A stretch of 64,000 nt of DNA, from positions 15,911-79,910 of the forward strand of contig CAVPGK010000005.1 of NCBI GenBank assembly GCA_963703955.1, read 5' to 3'. The DNA comes from Nitrospirota bacterium. GTDB lineage: Bacteria > Nitrospirota > Nitrospiria > Nitrospirales > Nitrospiraceae. Shown here one piece after another: positions 61,158 through 64,000 of this stretch. Numbering within the stretch: position 1 is the stretch's first letter; each line of letters begins with the position of its first letter. Below the pieces are notes generated by a model. The model searched no databases. It was not told the DNA's origin and saw only the letters and a program-made list of their open reading frames with translations. The position numbers and the translations under genes are program-made.

Positions 61158-62273
61158 ATGATCCTTCTCAATCCCGGTCCGGTGAACGTCTCTGAACGCG
61201 TGCGAAAAGCCCTGCATCGACCCGATATTTGCCACCGGGAATCTGAGTTTGCAGAGCTGCTGCAGGGCATCCGTCGAAAACTCGTGCAGGCCTTCACGCC
61301 AGGGGCTGAATCCGAGTATACGGCAGTGGTCCTGACCGGGTCCGGCACTGCGGCGGTGGAGGCGGCGGTCTTGTCGTCCATTCCGCATGGAAAACGAGGG
61401 ATGGTTATCAATAACGGCGTGTACGGGGAGCGGATCTCCGGCATGCTCGGGGTCCACCGACTGGGTGTGTGGGAATTCAAATTGGACTGGGGGACTCGCC
61501 CTGACGCGGAAAAGCTCCGGCTTGCCTTGCGACAGCATCCTGAGATCCATGCGGTCGCGATGGTGCACCATGAGACGACAACCGGCCTGATCAATCCTGT
61601 CAGGGAAGTGGCGGACGTGGTGGACAGCCAGAACCGCGTGTTCATCGTGGACTCGGTGAGTGGGCTGGGCGGCGAAGCGGTAGACATCGCGGGGTCGAAG
61701 GTCTACATGGTCGCCGGCACGGCGGGGAAGTGTCTTCAGGGGTTCCCGGGCGTCTCCTTTGTTCTTGTGCGCAAGGGTTTTATGGAGCGCATGCAGAGCT
61801 ATCCCAAGCGCTCATGGTACTTACATCTCCCACATTACTATGAAGATCAAGAGAAGGGCACCATTCCGTTTACCCCAGCCGTTCAGCTGTATTATGCTTT
61901 TGACGAGGCGCTGAATGAGCTCTTGGAGGAGGGGGTGGCGAATCGTATCGGGCGCTACAAGAAGGCCGCCAAGTTGATCCGGGAGCGCCTCAGCAGTTTG
62001 GGGCTTAAGCCGGTCCTGTCGGCTGATCATCAATCGAATACAATTACTGCCTTCTACCTTCCTCAAGGCCTGACTTACCAGGTTCTCCACGATCGGCTCA
62101 AGGAGAGGGGTTACGTCATCTATGCCGGGCAGGGGCAATTGGAGCGCAAAATTTTCCGCGTGGCCAACATGGGCGCCTTGTCCGAGCAGGATCTCCACGG
62201 ATTTCTCACCGCCTTTCAGGAGATCGTGGAGACCAGTCAAAAGGGGATTGAGGCCGGCGCGGTCCGTTCATGA
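61158..62273 (+). CDS. 2-aminoethylphosphonate aminotransferase (class V PLP; PhnW/AepZ-like)
   Basis: LLNPGPVN, GSGTAAVEA, NGVYGER, HHETTTG, PLP Lys in AGKCLQGFPG, PFTP, IYAGQG. Confidence 0.88.
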   Translation: MILLNPGPVNVSERVRKALHRPDICHRESEFAELLQGIRRKLVQAFTPGAESEYTAVVLTGSGTAAVEAAVLSSIPHGKRGMVINNGVYGERISGMLGVHRLGVWEFKLDWGTRPDAEKLRLALRQHPEIHAVAMVHHETTTGLINPVREVADVVDSQNRVFIVDSVSGLGGEAVDIAGSKVYMVAGTAGKCLQGFPGVSFVLVRKGFMERMQSYPKRSWYLHLPHYYEDQEKGTIPFTPAVQLYYAFDEALNELLEEGVANRIGRYKKAAKLIRERLSSLGLKPVLSADHQSNTITAFYLPQGLTYQVLHDRLKERGYVIYAGQGQLERKIFRVANMGALSEQDLHGFLTAFQEIVETSQKGIEAGAVRS

Positions 62274-62995
62274 AAGCGATTATTTTGGCCGCCGGCGTTG
62301 GCAAGCGCCTCTGGCAAGTGACACAGCACCGACCCAAATGCCTGATCGAAATCGGCGGTCGCACCCTGTTGGCGCGATATCTGGATGGAATAGCCGGGGT
62401 AGGGATCAAGCAGGTTGTCATAGTGGTTGGGTACAAGCAGGAGATGATTCGAGCCGCCGTCGGGCCTGGGTTGTTTGGTGTCGATGTGCGCTATCTTCCG
62501 AGCGAGCAGTATCAGCGCGGCAGCATCACCTCCTTATGGCTGGCCCGGCACGAGCTCGACGACGACATGATGATCATGGACGCGGATGTGCTGTTTCATC
62601 GGCAGATCCTGCGCCGTTTGATCGAATCATCGTGGCCGACCGCTCTGTTACTGGATGAGACGGTCAAGCAGCAGACGGAAGAATGCATGGCCGTCGTGCG
62701 TGGAGGGCGGGTGGTGGCCCTGACGAAGCGAATGCCGGATCGATATGATTTTGCCGGTGAGGGGGTCGGGTTTCTCAAAGTGCGCCGCGCCGACTGCCCT
62801 GCTCTGGTCAGTTCGCTGAAAACCCACATCGATCGCGGAGAATTGGACATGGAATACGAGGACGCACTCCGTGAGTTCTTTGAGTCTGTGCGGGTAGGCT
62901 TCGAAAAAATCGGCGGGCTGCCGTGGACCGAAATCGACTTTCCCCAGGACGTGGCGCGGGCGGAGCGCGACATCTTACCGAAACTGGACGCATGA
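62270..62995 (+). CDS. Phosphocholine/phosphonate cytidylyltransferase (LicC/PntC-like)
   Basis: ILAAGVGKRL..PKCL, MDADV, GEGVGF, WTEIDF. Confidence 0.85.
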   Translation: MKAIILAAGVGKRLWQVTQHRPKCLIEIGGRTLLARYLDGIAGVGIKQVVIVVGYKQEMIRAAVGPGLFGVDVRYLPSEQYQRGSITSLWLARHELDDDMMIMDADVLFHRQILRRLIESSWPTALLLDETVKQQTEECMAVVRGGRVVALTKRMPDRYDFAGEGVGFLKVRRADCPALVSSLKTHIDRGELDMEYEDALREFFESVRVGFEKIGGLPWTEIDFPQDVARAERDILPKLDA

Positions 62996-64000
62996 CGTCG
63001 CCGAGGTCGGATTCAAAAACAGCCGTCAAAGGAACGGCCGCGACCGTGCTCAACACCGCTGTGATCGTCGCGTCGGGACCGATCTTCGGTGAGGTGCCGG
63101 CTTCTGTCCAAGCCAGCGGGAACGTTCGCCCGCTCGGCGCGCTCACCCGGGTCGCAGGTCTATCTCTCTTTCAGCGCACGGTCTTGACGCTCCAGCGAGC
63201 CGGGATGACTCGGCTGTTCGTCCTTGCGGATCAGGACGAAGGCGCCCTTCGGCGAGGTCTGAGCGAAGATCATCGCGTCACGGCGCTCGTGCGCTGGATT
63301 CCTGTCCGGGAATTTCCGCCCCGGGATATTCGAACCTGGGAAGCGTTGGCTGCGGATATCCAGGGGGTATGTTTGGTGGTAGGTGTGCACGCCGTCTTTT
63401 CGCCTGGCCTCGTTGAAGACCTCCGACGCGAGGCACAGGATGGGCGCTCCCTATTGGCGGTGACCTACCCTTCGGAGATCCGGACGCGTTCCCAAGTTTT
63501 CGCGGATATGCTCGTGCTACCCGTCAGTCTGCTAAGCGGTTCCGGGAGATAACCCGCCGGCAACGATGCCGGACGAGCACCCGCTGCGCATGATCATGAC
63601 GCAGGCGTCGGCGAGCGGGCGTCTTCGAACGATTGTCACGGCGACGGAAAGCTCCGGTTGGTACCGGCCGGTTCACGAGGCTGCCGATGTGAGAGAGGCC
63701 GAGCGCCTCTCTTTCAGTCGCTCAAAGACGAGCAGGAGGGGTTCGTCGATACCTATTTCAATCGGAAGGTATCGGGTGCCCTGACCCGTCTCTTTGTGCG
63801 CCTGAGGTGGTCGCCGAACGTGATCACGGTTCTCTCCATCCTCATCGGTCTCGCCGCTGCGGCGTCCTTTTCGTTAGGAACCTATGTCACAGGGGTGATG
63901 GGTGCGCTGTTGTTCCAACTGTCGGCCATCGTGGATTGTTGCGACGGCGAACTGGCCCGATTGACCTTCCGCGAGTCACGGTTCGGCGAGCAATTGGATG
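62992..64000 (+). CDS. CDP-alcohol phosphatidyltransferase with N-terminal NTP-transferase-like domain; frameshifted and truncated by the window end
   Basis: Manual translation from ~63710: EGFVDTYFNRKVS..SPNVIT..DCCDGELARLTFRESRFGEQLD (DxxDGxxAR..G..D motif). Confidence 0.85.

Noticed and set aside
103..63784. Numerous long antisense or overlapping ORFs (e.g. 34521-35612, 51152-52198, 60494-61687, 29973-30878)
   Set aside because: They are shadow ORFs of GC-rich genes on the opposite strand, with no recognisable motifs.

Overview
This is a GC-rich bacterial chromosomal window, most likely from Nitrospira/Nitrospiraceae; the taxon is inferred from gene families and intergenic palindromic repeats. 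Scattered single-base frameshifts in otherwise intact genes look like long-read consensus errors. 0.1-17.2 kb is a dense signalling island: REC/PAS/GAF proteins, three histidine kinases, an ABC-type binding protein, a sigma54/IHF-driven secreted di-haem cytochrome c, a V4R-like hybrid kinase and a FadL/OmpP1 porin. 17-49 kb is mostly core genes (lolA, ftsK, rsmA, pdxA, larC, larB, gpsA, hpnA, ispA, speD). It also holds a split ArgZ/AgrE-like arginine dihydrolase plus ornithine cyclodeaminase pair, a His-less pseudokinase, a degenerate GGDEF protein and a small PHD-finger-like protein. 49-54 kb is a TetR-RND efflux unit. 54.2-56.5 kb is a decay zone with pseudogenes the ORF track does not resolve: DsbA, and an alcohol-dehydrogenase/aldehyde-dehydrogenase deletion fusion. 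57.2-64 kb is a 2-aminoethylphosphonate/phosphonolipid biosynthesis locus whose PEP mutase has a non-canonical active-site loop. I recognised no rRNA, tRNA, CRISPR array or intact transposase.
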